A stretch of DNA of 64,000 nucleotides from Octopus bimaculoides (lineage: Eukaryota): contig NC_068988.1 in NCBI RefSeq assembly GCF_001194135.2, forward strand, positions 44,150,260 through 44,214,259, written 5' to 3'. Position 1 is the stretch's first letter, and each line of letters begins with the position of its first letter. A model generated the notes under the pieces. It was not told where the DNA came from and did not search any database. It saw nothing but the letters and a program-made list of their open reading frames with translations. Shown here one piece after another: positions 1-12,378 of the stretch. The translations under genes and the position numbers were made by a program.

Positions 1-187
1 ACGTAAAAGCACCCACTACACTCTCTGAGTGGTTGGCGTTAGGAAGGGCATCCAGCTGTAGAAACTCTGCCAAATCAGACTGGAGCCTGGTGTTGCCATC
101 CGGTTTCACCAGTCCTCAGTCAAATCGTCCAACCCATGCTAGCATGGAAAGCGGACGTTAAACGATGATGATGATGATGATGATGAT
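1..187 (+). mobile_element. RTE-LINE 3' UTR-type repeat with (GAT)n tail (most abundant family in the window)
   Basis: Core GGCGTTAGGAAGGGCATCCAGC...CAACCCATGCTAGCATGGAAAGCGGACGTTAAACGATGATG. Approximate further copies: 2680-2910, 6205-6410, 12070-12347, 18840-19455, 22190-22310, 29185-29385, 37865-38048, 42355-42710, 51525-51665, 51965-52150, 53235-53365, 56130-56225, 58860-58960. The LINE origin is inferred from its attachment to the RTE ORF fragment at 48830-49570. Confidence 0.75.
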
Positions 188-663
188 ATACTGATTACCA
201 CAAATTACTGAGAAGTATGACAAAGGTATATGTAAAACACACACAAAACATATTTGACATATTTGCATATAAACTGGCATTCCATTGGTTATGATGATGT
301 GGCTTCCAGTCGATCCAATCAGCTGAACAGCCTGTTTGTGAAATTAACACGCACACTCTTAATGTAATTCACAAGGAGATTCAGCGTGATGCAGAGTGTG
401 ACAAAGCTGGCCCTTTGAATTTCAGGTACAACCTATTTTTGCCAGCTGAGTGGACTGGAACAGCATGAAATTAAGTGTCTTGCTCAAGGACATAACATGC
501 CACTGGTAATCAAACTCACAACTTTACAATTGTGAGCCGAATACACATCCCTTAAAAAAAAAAAACTGATTTAATCAGGAACACATTATAGCCACAAATA
601 GAATTACGTACACACACACGTACACAGAAAAGCAATAAAATGATCCTAGAATTTGGTACTTAC

Positions 664-762
664 ATCTGAATGCATGGAATATCGAGGAGGAAGTTTCTCC
701 ATTGAAACTGGAAGCTGAAAATCTCCAATAGATAGTTGATTATCATTAAGCAGGGGCAGCCA
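664..762 (-). CDS. DOCK7: DOCK7-like exon (99 nt), DHR-1: [33 protein letters not shown]
   Basis: Acceptor CCTTTATTGTAG, donor GTAAGT; resembles [25 protein letters not shown]. Confidence 0.95.
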
Positions 763-3024
763 CTACAATAAAGGAGAAATCATCATAATAATAATTATTA
801 TTGATTTTGTTTGTTGTGGGAGGTGGTTTCTTGTACAACCACTACACACACACACACATGTAATTTGTTTCCTTATTTTACGTCCATTTTTTCCACAGTA
901 GCGAATGTTAAATAAATATATTACTGAAGCAGTTTACAGTTGGATGCCTTTCTCATTGCTAACACATACCAGTTTTTCAAATAAGGGATATCGTATTTCA
1001 CACATCTTCAGCTGTGGAAAGCCAGCAGACAACACATTCACAGAAAAATGATAGCAACATCACTGCCAGATGCTGAGTGATTTTTGGAGAGTGCAAACAC
1101 ACACACAAACATGCATGTTCACACTTACATATACACATGCACACATATAAAGATAAATAGCTTCTTTCAGTTTCCATTAACCAAATCCACTTACAACACT
1201 TCAGTCTATAGCAGTCAAGGTGCTCTACAATGGAACTGAACTCAAAATCACATGATTAGGAAATAAGCTTTTTAACCATAAAGCCATATCTGCACCCCCT
1301 CCAACACATATATAAATATGTATGTATATATGTTTGTATGTATAGAACATTTATTGATGACTGGATACTGGGTTCAAGGATGGCTGATAGTAGTGACATA
1401 AAGAAAATGCTATTCAGGTCAGTAACAAAAAAAAAAACAGTAAGATGTGTCCCTTACAGTGTATCCAATAGGAATTTCCACCGGGGTAGGCTCATTCTTT
1501 TTGTTCTGGCAACTCACATGGTAAAATGAGAAGAGAAGATGATGAGATTTTGACACCTTTGCTGGCAGCTTGACCTTGATTTCTTCGTAAAACTGTGGAG
1601 ATCTGAAATGGTAAAAGATGAAATTATAATCAGTCTCAATGTGTAGCATTGTAAGTGATAGAAAGGTAATATTTCAATATCTGCAAAGATGTAGATTAAA
1701 ACAATTAATAAAGAGGATATCAGTTTAACATTAAACCTTTTTTAGTGTTAACAGAAACTATATATATATATTCAAATATGAATTAGAAGCAGCTCAAGGT
1801 ATGTAAACAAAATCGAACACTCATACACAATGTGTGTGTTGTTAGTTCGTGGGGCAGCTGCATCATTTTTAGGTGTAAGAGAATATATTCTCAATGCTCC
1901 TTGAAAGAAGGTCATAGACAAGTGGGACAACCCACATCAAGTCCTTTATATATTATAATGAATTTGATGAGTTAATAGAAATGGTTGAGTTATAACCTTT
2001 AGAGTAGATTGGTTCATTTCTCTATATTCAGAGCTCAAATCACTACAGAGTTGATAGAGCTATAACCAGCTTTATATCTGGATTGTAAACTAGTGGCCTT
2101 TTGCTCAAGTAATGAATAAATAAGTCAGTCAGATCAATAAATATCAGTATCCATATCATCATTATTTTAACAGTTTGTCAAATGTCTGTTTTCAAGAAAA
2201 TATTTAAAATAAAGTAACTTATCAAATATGAAGTTAAATAATGAATATTTAAAAATATAAATGCTAAATTAGTGGACTAACTTGTTATGGTATGTCACAG
2301 ATGTATAAGCTTCCTTGGATAATTCAGGACAACTTGATTTACCAAATATTACCTGGGAAGATAAAGAAACAGGATAAATAATTAATCACACCTTTAAAAA
2401 AACTAAGAAACAAGAATGTACTTAATATAAATTTTGACTTGAAATACATTGAAGACAATAATAGTTACACAGTCAGAGTTAATTTCATATATGTGATTAC
2501 AACACCTCAAATTTATAAAAGGGCAATTAGCTAAATAAATATGTCAAATTTCATATCTGTTTCTTTTGTTGTCACAGCCTTCCATCATCTGTCTTTGTTT
2601 TTGCTGTGTATGTCATGGGTTTTGTTGTAATTTCTACAGCTCGATACCCTTCCTTCCACAACCTCTTTACAATTTGGACAGAGTGTGGCGTCACGTAAAG
2701 CATACGTGCAGTGCCATGTGAAAGTGCCTGTGCGGTGTCACGTAAAAGCACCAAGCACACTCTTGAAAATGGTTGGCATTAAGAAGGGCATCCAGACATA
2801 GAAACAATGCCAAATCAGACTGGAGTCTAACGCAGCCCCTGGCTTGCTGGCTCTGGTCACACCATCCAACCCATGCCAGCATGGACAACAAACATTAAAT
2901 GATAATGATGCATCTAATTGTCATTACAGAGATTGTCTGTGACAGGACTAAACATATAAGTTTTAATTTACTCTTTTCTAGACAGGTAGCCTTCTTATGT
3001 TTGCATAAAATGAGAAACAGTGTA

Positions 3025-3066
<42 letters not shown>

Positions 3067-6000
3067 CAGACACACAAAGATACACACACACCATACATAT
3101 ATTCATACTAAAGTCTTCATCTTTGTTGTTACTACTACATTTTGGCTGTAAAGTCCTCTGGCCATCTTTAAATGTCTGTTGTATCTGGTAATGTTTCTAA
3201 GATGTTTAACCAAAACCTTTATTAAATCNNNNNNNNNNNNNNNNNNNNNNNNNNNNNNNNNNNNNNNNNNNNNNNNNNNNNNNNNNNNNNNNNNNNNNNN
3301 NNNNNNNNNNNNNNNNNNNNNNNNNNNNNNNNNNNNNNNNNNNNNNNNNNNNNNNNNNNNNNNNNNNNNNNNNNNNNNNNNNNNNNNNNNNNNNNNNNNN
3401 NNNNNNNNNNNNNNNNNNNNNNNNNNNNNNNNNNNNNNNNNNNNNNNNNNNNNNNNNNNNNNNNNNNNNNNNNNNNNNNNNNNNNNNNNNNNNNNNNNNN
3501 NNNNNNNNNNATTTTACTTACATTCAAAGCATGGCTTTCTTCTTCCCCAATCATATATTGTACTTTGATAGCAATATTTCTGGCTGAACCTTGGCGGTTG
3601 ACACCATTGAAGTGCTTTGGATACACGTAAAGTAAATTCCTGCAAAAACATAAATGAATAAATAAATAAAAATTTAAAATATAGTCTCTGTATTTGAATT
3701 ACATAGACAGAATAGCGAAGTTTTAATAAATGGAGATAATATAGACACATGTCTATGCTTAGCTATACATACACAGAAAGAAAATAAGCATGAAATTAAA
3801 AGTTTAAAAAAAAAAAAAATCGCCCTTGTCTTCAAAGAGTTCCACTAATATTATTAACCTTATTTTTCATTATCAAAATCTGTGCCAGTCAAAAATTTGG
3901 TTCTAGTTGACTGAACATTATACTGAAACAAACCTTTGATCATGTGTCTTGCTTGATCAAAGATATAAACTTTTATAGTCATCACACCAACAACTACCTT
4001 GAACACCTTTTCGAGGTCCATGTGTCTAACACACATGGGTAGGCCTACAAAGTCAGAAAACAGCACAACTCCCATTACTTTCGGAAACATTTTTTCACAT
4101 GCAGTGTTACTGAAGCATGGAACAAACTACCTGCATTAGTTGTTAGTTGCCGAGACATTGCATCCTTTAAAATCTCCATGCTCCATGAAATTCGCCAACA
4201 CTACACCTGATATCCCCCACTCTATACGCATACACACATGTATATCATGACTCTTACACTGTTCACTTTCTTGACTTTTGAACATAATTCTATGTACTGT
4301 ACATGCACCTTTGATGAGCTGTAGTGCACCCGAACACTATACACAATAATTTCATCATTATTATTATTGTTATATTCATTTACCAAAGATAAAAAATAAT
4401 GAACAGAGCTCAAGTAGTAAATGAAGACTGATGTGAAAACAACTATTGTACCTAGTTTTAAGATGTATAATTTAACCATTCAACCTTCTAGCATCAATAC
4501 AACAAGAAAAGAACAATATTTGTACAGAGAAAGTAGAGAAGAACTGACAATATGTCCTCACAAAGTATGCACATTTCATAAATAGAGGTAATATTTAGCA
4601 TTTAAACATAGATGTTCTGTTAGAACAAACTATACTGCAGAAGTTACTATGAGATGAACTCACATATTGGCATTTTTGGTGCAAAATGCACTCTTGTTTT
4701 TATCGCAAGGTGGGGAGATAAATCTCCACCACCTTCAGCACCGAGACCGCTACCTCTAGCAGTCGAGCGTCCATCATTGACAAAGCTAAGGAAGATTGAA
4801 ATTACGTAGTCTCAGCACTGGAGGTGTCACGGATTCATCTTCTTGCAGGCAATGTAAACAAGAGAACATTTTGCAGCAAAAGCTGATATGAGAGGTTCCC
4901 TCATGGTATCTACCACAGTATAATTTGTTCTAACACAACACACACATTTATGTTAAGATAAATATTACCTCTGAGTGTTAATACTGCTTCTGTTGCTAAT
5001 ATATATTTCATAAATATCTTATGAGATTAACTGAAAGAGATGTTCTCATTAAGCATGATGTGTGTGACTTACCTGTAAGATGTGTATGGCACATAAACCT
5101 CCTTAGAAGGAAACTCTTGGACCTCTTTTGTTTCCCAAATCTCTTTTAATTTGTCTTCGGGGAAAGGGTAAATTTTATACAGTTCAGGGGTTCGGGAATA
5201 GGGAACTTCTTCGGGACATGGTAAAGCGTCAAATTTAAGTGTACCTGAAATATGAAGAATTAGGTTGAAAGAGATATATATACATATAGAGAAAGCAAGG
5301 GAGAGTAAGATAAATGTATATACAATGAGAGCTATCTTTCTTTGATCTATGTATGAGAATGTGTGCGTGTGCGTATATTATATATATATATATATATATA
5401 AAAACAAATAGTAAATGAGTATATGCATATATACGTACAGGTATGTGCATACCGACATCCACCTGTATGTATAGGTGCATATCTGGGTACAGGACATTGC
5501 AAACAAAACAGAGACGAGAAAACACACAAGCCACACAGAGAACATTCTACTTCATCAGCTACCCCCGTTTTAACACCGGCGTTTCGAAGAGCTGGGAAGG
5601 ACGCATCGTTAAAACAGCTCTTCCCATGGACCGCAAATTAAATCTTGCCATGGAGGAATGTAGTGGCGGACAAAAAACAAGACAGGAAAACAAACAGAAA
5701 AGGCTTTACGGCCAGACGAGAAAAATTATGTGTGTATGAACGCTGTGATATATAAANNNNNNNNNNNNNNNNNNNNNNNNNNNNNNNNNNNNNNNNNNNN
5801 NNNNNNNNNNNNNNNNNNNNNNNNNNNNNNNNNNNNNNNNNNNNNNNNNNNNNNNNNNNNNNNNNNNNNNNNNNNNNNNNNNNNNNNNNNNNNNNNNNNN
5901 NNNNNNNNNNNNNNNNNNNNNNNNNNNNNNNNNNNNNNNNNNNNNNNNNNNNNNNNNNNNNNNNNNNNNNNNNNNNNNNNNNNNNNNNNNNNNNNNNNNN

Positions 6001-7150
6001 NNNNNNNNNNNNNNNNNNNNNNNNNNNNNNNNNNNNNNNNNNNNNNNNNNNNNNNNNNNNNNNNNNNNNNNNNNNNNNNNNNNNNATATATATATATATA
6101 TAAATATCTGTTATATTTATATTTGCAAATGAAAGGAACAGCAATCAATACATTTATATTTATAAATATATATACATAAACAGGTAAAGTTATCTAATCA
6201 TCATCATTTAACGTCTATTTTCTATGCTGGTATGGGTTGGCTGGTTTGACAGGAGCTGGCCAGCTGAAGAGCTACCCAAGCTCCATGTCTGTTTTGGCAT
6301 GGTTTCTATTAGCTGGACGCCCTTCATAATGCCAACCGCTTTACAAAATAGCATGGGCATGTTTATGTGGCACCGGTACAGGTGGTTTTTACATGGCACC
6401 AGTACCCTAATCAAAACAATAAAAACTGTTTGTAGCATTTACTTAATTTAGAAAAACAGAAATATTCCTGCAAGACACTTTAACAAGATCTAGTATAATG
6501 ATCAAACATGAATAATATATGTGTGTGTGTGTGTATGACCTAAAGGCAGAGATATTCATAAGTCACTTTCTAATAGAAATATTACCGAGACACATCTAAC
6601 TGAAACTAAACACAGTGAGATAATAATGAGATAATAATGTCAAATATCAATTGAAGTGTAAAACCAGAAATCAGTGGAGAAAAGACGACTGGACAAAACC
6701 TACCTGAGATGCTCTTGAGTCTTTTCAACACTGAGGAAGGCCGTTTCATGTCCACCAAAAATTTATACAAATCGTCATCACTCAATTTATCTCCTTCCTA
6801 GAATGGTAAAATAGTAGATTGTTATTATGATTGCGGCATCAACAATGACATTTTTTTTTTTGTTTTTTCTGTCTTTGGATTCATATTCTAAGTAATTACA
6901 GTTGTAGCAATTGGATTCAATTCCACGTTTTGTCACTCAGAAATAATAATTAACCTTAACTAAATGACTGGGCTAACCTATTGGCCTGCTGTATTTTTGG
7001 TCTAGGAAGAAGGAAGCAAACCATTGAGCTGCAGAACATATTAACACATCAACAAACAGCACCACAGTCCAGATAGCGTCAATGTGAAGACGCTAGGAGT
7101 CATATACACATATGCACATACACACAAACACATACGTAAGTGTATATGTT

Positions 7151-7194
<44 letters not shown>

Positions 7195-10100
7195 TATATA
7201 TGTATGTTTGTATGTACATGACAGGCTTCCATACTGTTTCTCTCTACTGAATTTTACTCACAAGGCATCAGCCAGCCTGAGGCAACAGTGAAGGCACTTG
7301 GTCAAGGCACCACACAGTGGCATCAAATTGAAACCAAGAAGGCGCAAAGCAAATTTCTCAACCAAACAGCCAGGCTTAGAAAATCTGCCTCTACAAATTC
7401 CAGTTAGGGGTAACAAAATTTTGAGTGGATATATCTAATTCCTATAGTAAATAGATTAAAAATGGAAATACACAGTTGATAATGCAGTCCTAGATACACT
7501 AATGTCTGAAAAAAAACCCCACAGAGGTCATAGGTGAAACACTTCTGATCACAGAATAGACCTGACTAAATAACAAAAGATAATACAAACACAACAATAA
7601 GAATGTGGCCTTACTTGTCTAAAGAAGCTTGTCACTGTTAGAGTAACAGGGGAGAATGTATCTAGGCTGGAACCATAATCATCTGGTGACCAGCTGCGCC
7701 TCTTTTCATAGCCAGTGCGCCCTCTGTCAAGAGAGCCCCTGCGTACCTGGGAGTCATCACGTGGACGTCTGCGGAAATTTTCATATGGTGGAGCATGTGC
7801 TGCACTTCTTCTGTCTGCAGAAAATGAGAAAGTGAGAAGACATAGAGTTAATACTAATAACAGTTTCTGGTTTACATAATCCTTTAAAGCCATTTTGTTA
7901 CGCTTATGTATTTTCAACATGGTTTAGTAATTATTTAGGGGGTTGATGTAAATGGCAGTGTTACTAAAATACCAGACAACCAGCCAAGAGATTAGTAGTT
8001 TGTATTCAGACATCGAAGCTATATTCTATCAATGGCTAAGGTTGAGCTAGTCTAGCTATTTCTCATTAGGTATTGTAAGAGGCATTTTTTTTAATGCATG
8101 CCACAGATAATATAATAGTACTACACATCGCAATAATTTGGAAAATGGATTAACTCAGATGCTAAATTAGAATAATAACTAAAATAGAAACAGTGCTTTC
8201 TTCTTATTAAATTGGCGTGTTCCATGTAGACTAATGTGTTATCATGCACTCAACTTTTCAGCCAGCAATTTGAGGTATTAGCTGGAACTAGAATAAAAAC
8301 AATCAAGAGGGAATATAGATATCTACTTCCTACCACTAGTCTGGATATTTAACAAAAGCAAAAGGAAGTAAACCTCCCTCTCTCTTCTTCCCTCACTCAG
8401 CATAGTCATAATGAATGGTAATAATGATTGCTTATTGCATCTTAAAAACAATACTAAACAGCAACTATAGTGTTTATGCAACATTGACATGAAGCTTTAA
8501 TTATAGTTTATACATTACTGTTTTAATGGTATCAATGTCAGGTTATTGTTGTCACTATTTAGCCCAAGAGCATAACCATCCCATTGTTTTAAGGTTATCT
8601 GGGTCACTATTAGCTAATATATCTCTGTACTTTTTTTTAGATTATAAAGTGTGATCTGAGGGAGACTTGGCTGCTATTTCTAACAGAATGGGTAACAATG
8701 TAGAAACTCCTTCACTGATTGGTCAATGTCAAATCACAGGGTGGCATTAAGTCTCGTAAAGCATCGGGTTGTGGGATAACTATTGAAGACTTTGTATTTA
8801 CACAGCATATCTCGAGTAAATTACCCTGCTAAAACCCACCCACCTCTAGAATACAGCCACAACCAGAACTGAAGCCGGGACTAATATCAAATAAAATAGT
8901 CATTAATTTTTTTCTGCTAATTACAGTAGTTGGTTGCACTGACATTGCAGAACTGACTGTATTTTCTTGTATACAAGTCAAATTATTGAGACCAAAATTT
9001 ACAGCCAAAAATGGCAAGTTGACTTTATATGCCAAGACGACCTCTGAGAACTAAAAATTCCTTAAAATAGAAGGACTACCATGTTATGTTGGCAAATAAT
9101 CTTTACTCTAAAAATTCCTTGTGAAATACATTTGGATGTGGAAAGATAGTAATGATGTTTGAATGTTTATCCTACATGTTCACACTATATACTATGATGA
9201 TTTGTATACCAGAAAATATGGTATTTTCAGCAAGGTAGACAGGGTCATTTGAAATTTAATAAGCCTCATCACAACCGCAATACAGTATTGACTGAGGTAA
9301 TGAGAAGGCCTTTACATTGTTACTCAATCTGCAAGAAATATCAGCCAAATACCCCTCAAATCACAAGATATTGTCTTTAAAAACAAGGCACATTAGGTAA
9401 TGTGTTTGTAGGTACTAATTCTGAGAAAAGAAAGGGGGGAGGGGAAAAAGTATGGTTACAGTTAAAATGCTTTTGATTAATTAAAGTTAAGGACTAATCA
9501 ACAATAACATCAGCATACGAATGGTGACAATAAACCGTGATCGTTTAGCTGTCTTAATGACTTAACCTTATGCTGTGGTATTATCAGTTACAAACACATT
9601 TGTTTGTTGAACAACCAAATGTGGATTATGAAAGATTAAAAGCAACAATTCAAACAGGTAATTTATATTTACAATATATAAATATAATAAGTTGTGTTTT
9701 TTTTAGTTTTTTTTTTATCAAATCTTGATTCAGTAGTGTGTTTCACACGTGAGTGTATATAAGCTGGGCTACAACTATCTCTCAACTGTATAAACAAAAC
9801 AGAAGAGAGTTAAGATAAAACAATAGAAGTTTGTAGAAAACATTTCCAACAAAGAGTGTGATGGTCAGCAGTGTAGGAAATTGATTTTGGTTTTATGTTG
9901 GAAGTGCCAAAAAAAGAAAGAAAAAAGAAACAATGAAAAGAGATAAATAAAGATAACAAAGATAGCAAAAACTACAATATTCAAAGAGAAAAATTAGTGC
10001 ACACTAACAATATGTTTAACTGAAGTGATAATTTTCTTTTATAGTCCCTCTCCACTCGTGCCCACCTGTCTCTAATTCTCTCATCACTCTTACTGAGTAT

Positions 10101-12344
10101 CACCCCTCCTCACACCAAACACTTTTCTTCCAGTCCTTCCCCTTGACTGCAATCTTCCATAATCATTCCACCACCTACATTTTTTCTTGCAAACATTAAC
10201 CTCAAGATGCACAAGCTAACAGTAACCACATCAATTTGGCCAACATGGGGATAGATTTACAAAGTATATGGTACTGTCTGGCCTTCTTCAGTTTTATCAA
10301 TCATGGACATAATAAAACAAGAGAAGACAACCCCAGAAATTTTGAAATCTTAAGTGACAAGGGAGCCAGGCTAGATAAATTCTAGCTCAACAATTTACTG
10401 AGACAACTTTCAGGATTTTGACAGCTCACTACAAATGCAAAAATAGCAACCAAAAATTCTTCAAATCATATCATATCTTAAAAATGGGAGCGCATATTGG
10501 ATAGTGTAGTCTCAAAGGTATTATGTATGAGTGCAAATCAGGATGGCCACAGCCAGAATATCTTGAGCACGGATGCACTTATGCCAATGTAGTTAAAAAG
10601 TTCCCTTTCCAATCACATGACTCCAGATTCCATTCTACTGTATGGCACCTTGAGGAAATAGTTTGACAAGCTTTGTGAATAAAATTCACTTAATGGAAAA
10701 TTGTACAGAGATCCACTGCATGCATGTGTTTATTTATACATATGCACATGCAACTGACTTCTACACACACACACACAGGTGTATGCGTGTATTAACAGAT
10801 ACAGTGTGTACTAACAAGTAATGGCCATGAAACTAGATTATCAAAAAGAGGATATTACTGGGTGGATAGAAGGATAAATGAAAGGAAACCGATCATACAT
10901 ATATTTTTATAAAAGAAGTGTGTATGTGTGATAACTTGACATTGTGAGACATTATAGAAAGTAAAGAAACACTAATGATCATAGTGAAGAGGCAGATGAT
11001 GGGTGTCTCTCAACAGCTAATTATATGATTACAACACAAAGCAAGCAGCACACTAATAAATGACTTAGGCACTTAGAGAGTGAGTTCACTAAAATCTAGT
11101 AGTGTAACATTGTATATACTACTGCTGATAACAACACTGATGATGATGAGAATGATAACTCCTTTGTTTTAACCACATTAAGATAATGGCAAAGTCAACA
11201 GACAAAATACTACATTGATCTAACCCCAACATTACACACACATTCAACAATGTATATCATAGTCACTATTAAAGTACTCAATACAAAAGCAGTAGAGCTA
11301 TCTTTATTAAGAGGAAGACTTTAGACTTACAAAGCAATTTTATGTGTGTACACATGCACGCAGACACAACATGTGTGCATACACACACACACATATGCTC
11401 TGGAATCAAATGTACACAGACGCAACATGTGCATGCACACACACACGCTCTGGAATCACGTGCATGCAGACGCAACATGTGCATGCACACACACACTCTG
11501 CAATCACATGCATGCAGACGCAACATGTGCACACGCACACACAGACACATTTTGGGGTCTCACATATTGTCCATCTACAAAATTTCTTTCACAAGGCCAT
11601 AATAGATAACAATTACCCAAAATGTCATACAATGGGATTAGCCTCAAAGCCATGTGGACGATAAGTGAATCTCCTAACAACACAGCTACACTTCCTTTTA
11701 CATACAGATTCATAGTGTTTAGATTTTTAGACAAACCACCTTCAGCTTTGATTGGACAATCTTTGCAAAAGATATAGCTGACTTAATACTGAAGAATAAT
11801 AATCCATAAGGCACAACGGCTGAGTTAAACAGTAAAAAAAAAAAGCTTACATCGTTGGTCAGGGTTAAACTTTAAGGAAAGTTAACACACTAGCTATCAT
11901 CATTACGTCCTTTTTTTATCAAGTATGTTGCAGTGAGAAATAGAAGATATGGAGTGGGCAGGTAAAATAGGAAGATGTGGTCAATAAAAAGCAAGAAAGG
12001 GTTTTTTTTGTTGGCAAAGTCAATGACCCCCCCCCCCATTGCTGTTTTCAATACATACATGCTTGTTCTTTCAGGTGCCAGTGCTACATAAAAAGTACCT
12101 GTACAGGTGCTGCATAAATGTACCCATACCCATGCCAGTGCTGCGTAAATGCACCCGTGGTAGTGCTGTATAAATGCACCCGTACCAGTGGCACATAAAA
12201 GGCACCCAGCACACTCTATTACATGGCTGGCATTAGGAAGGGCATCCAACCATAGAAACCTTGCTACAACAGACAATTGGAGTCTGGACAGTTCCTTGTC
12301 AAACCGTCCAACCCATGCCAACATGGAAATCGGATGCTAAACAA

Positions 12345-12378
<34 letters not shown>

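Noticed and set aside
11340-11548. Regular repeat array considered as CRISPR-like
   Set aside because: Eukaryotic intron; the units lack unique spacers and form a minisatellite
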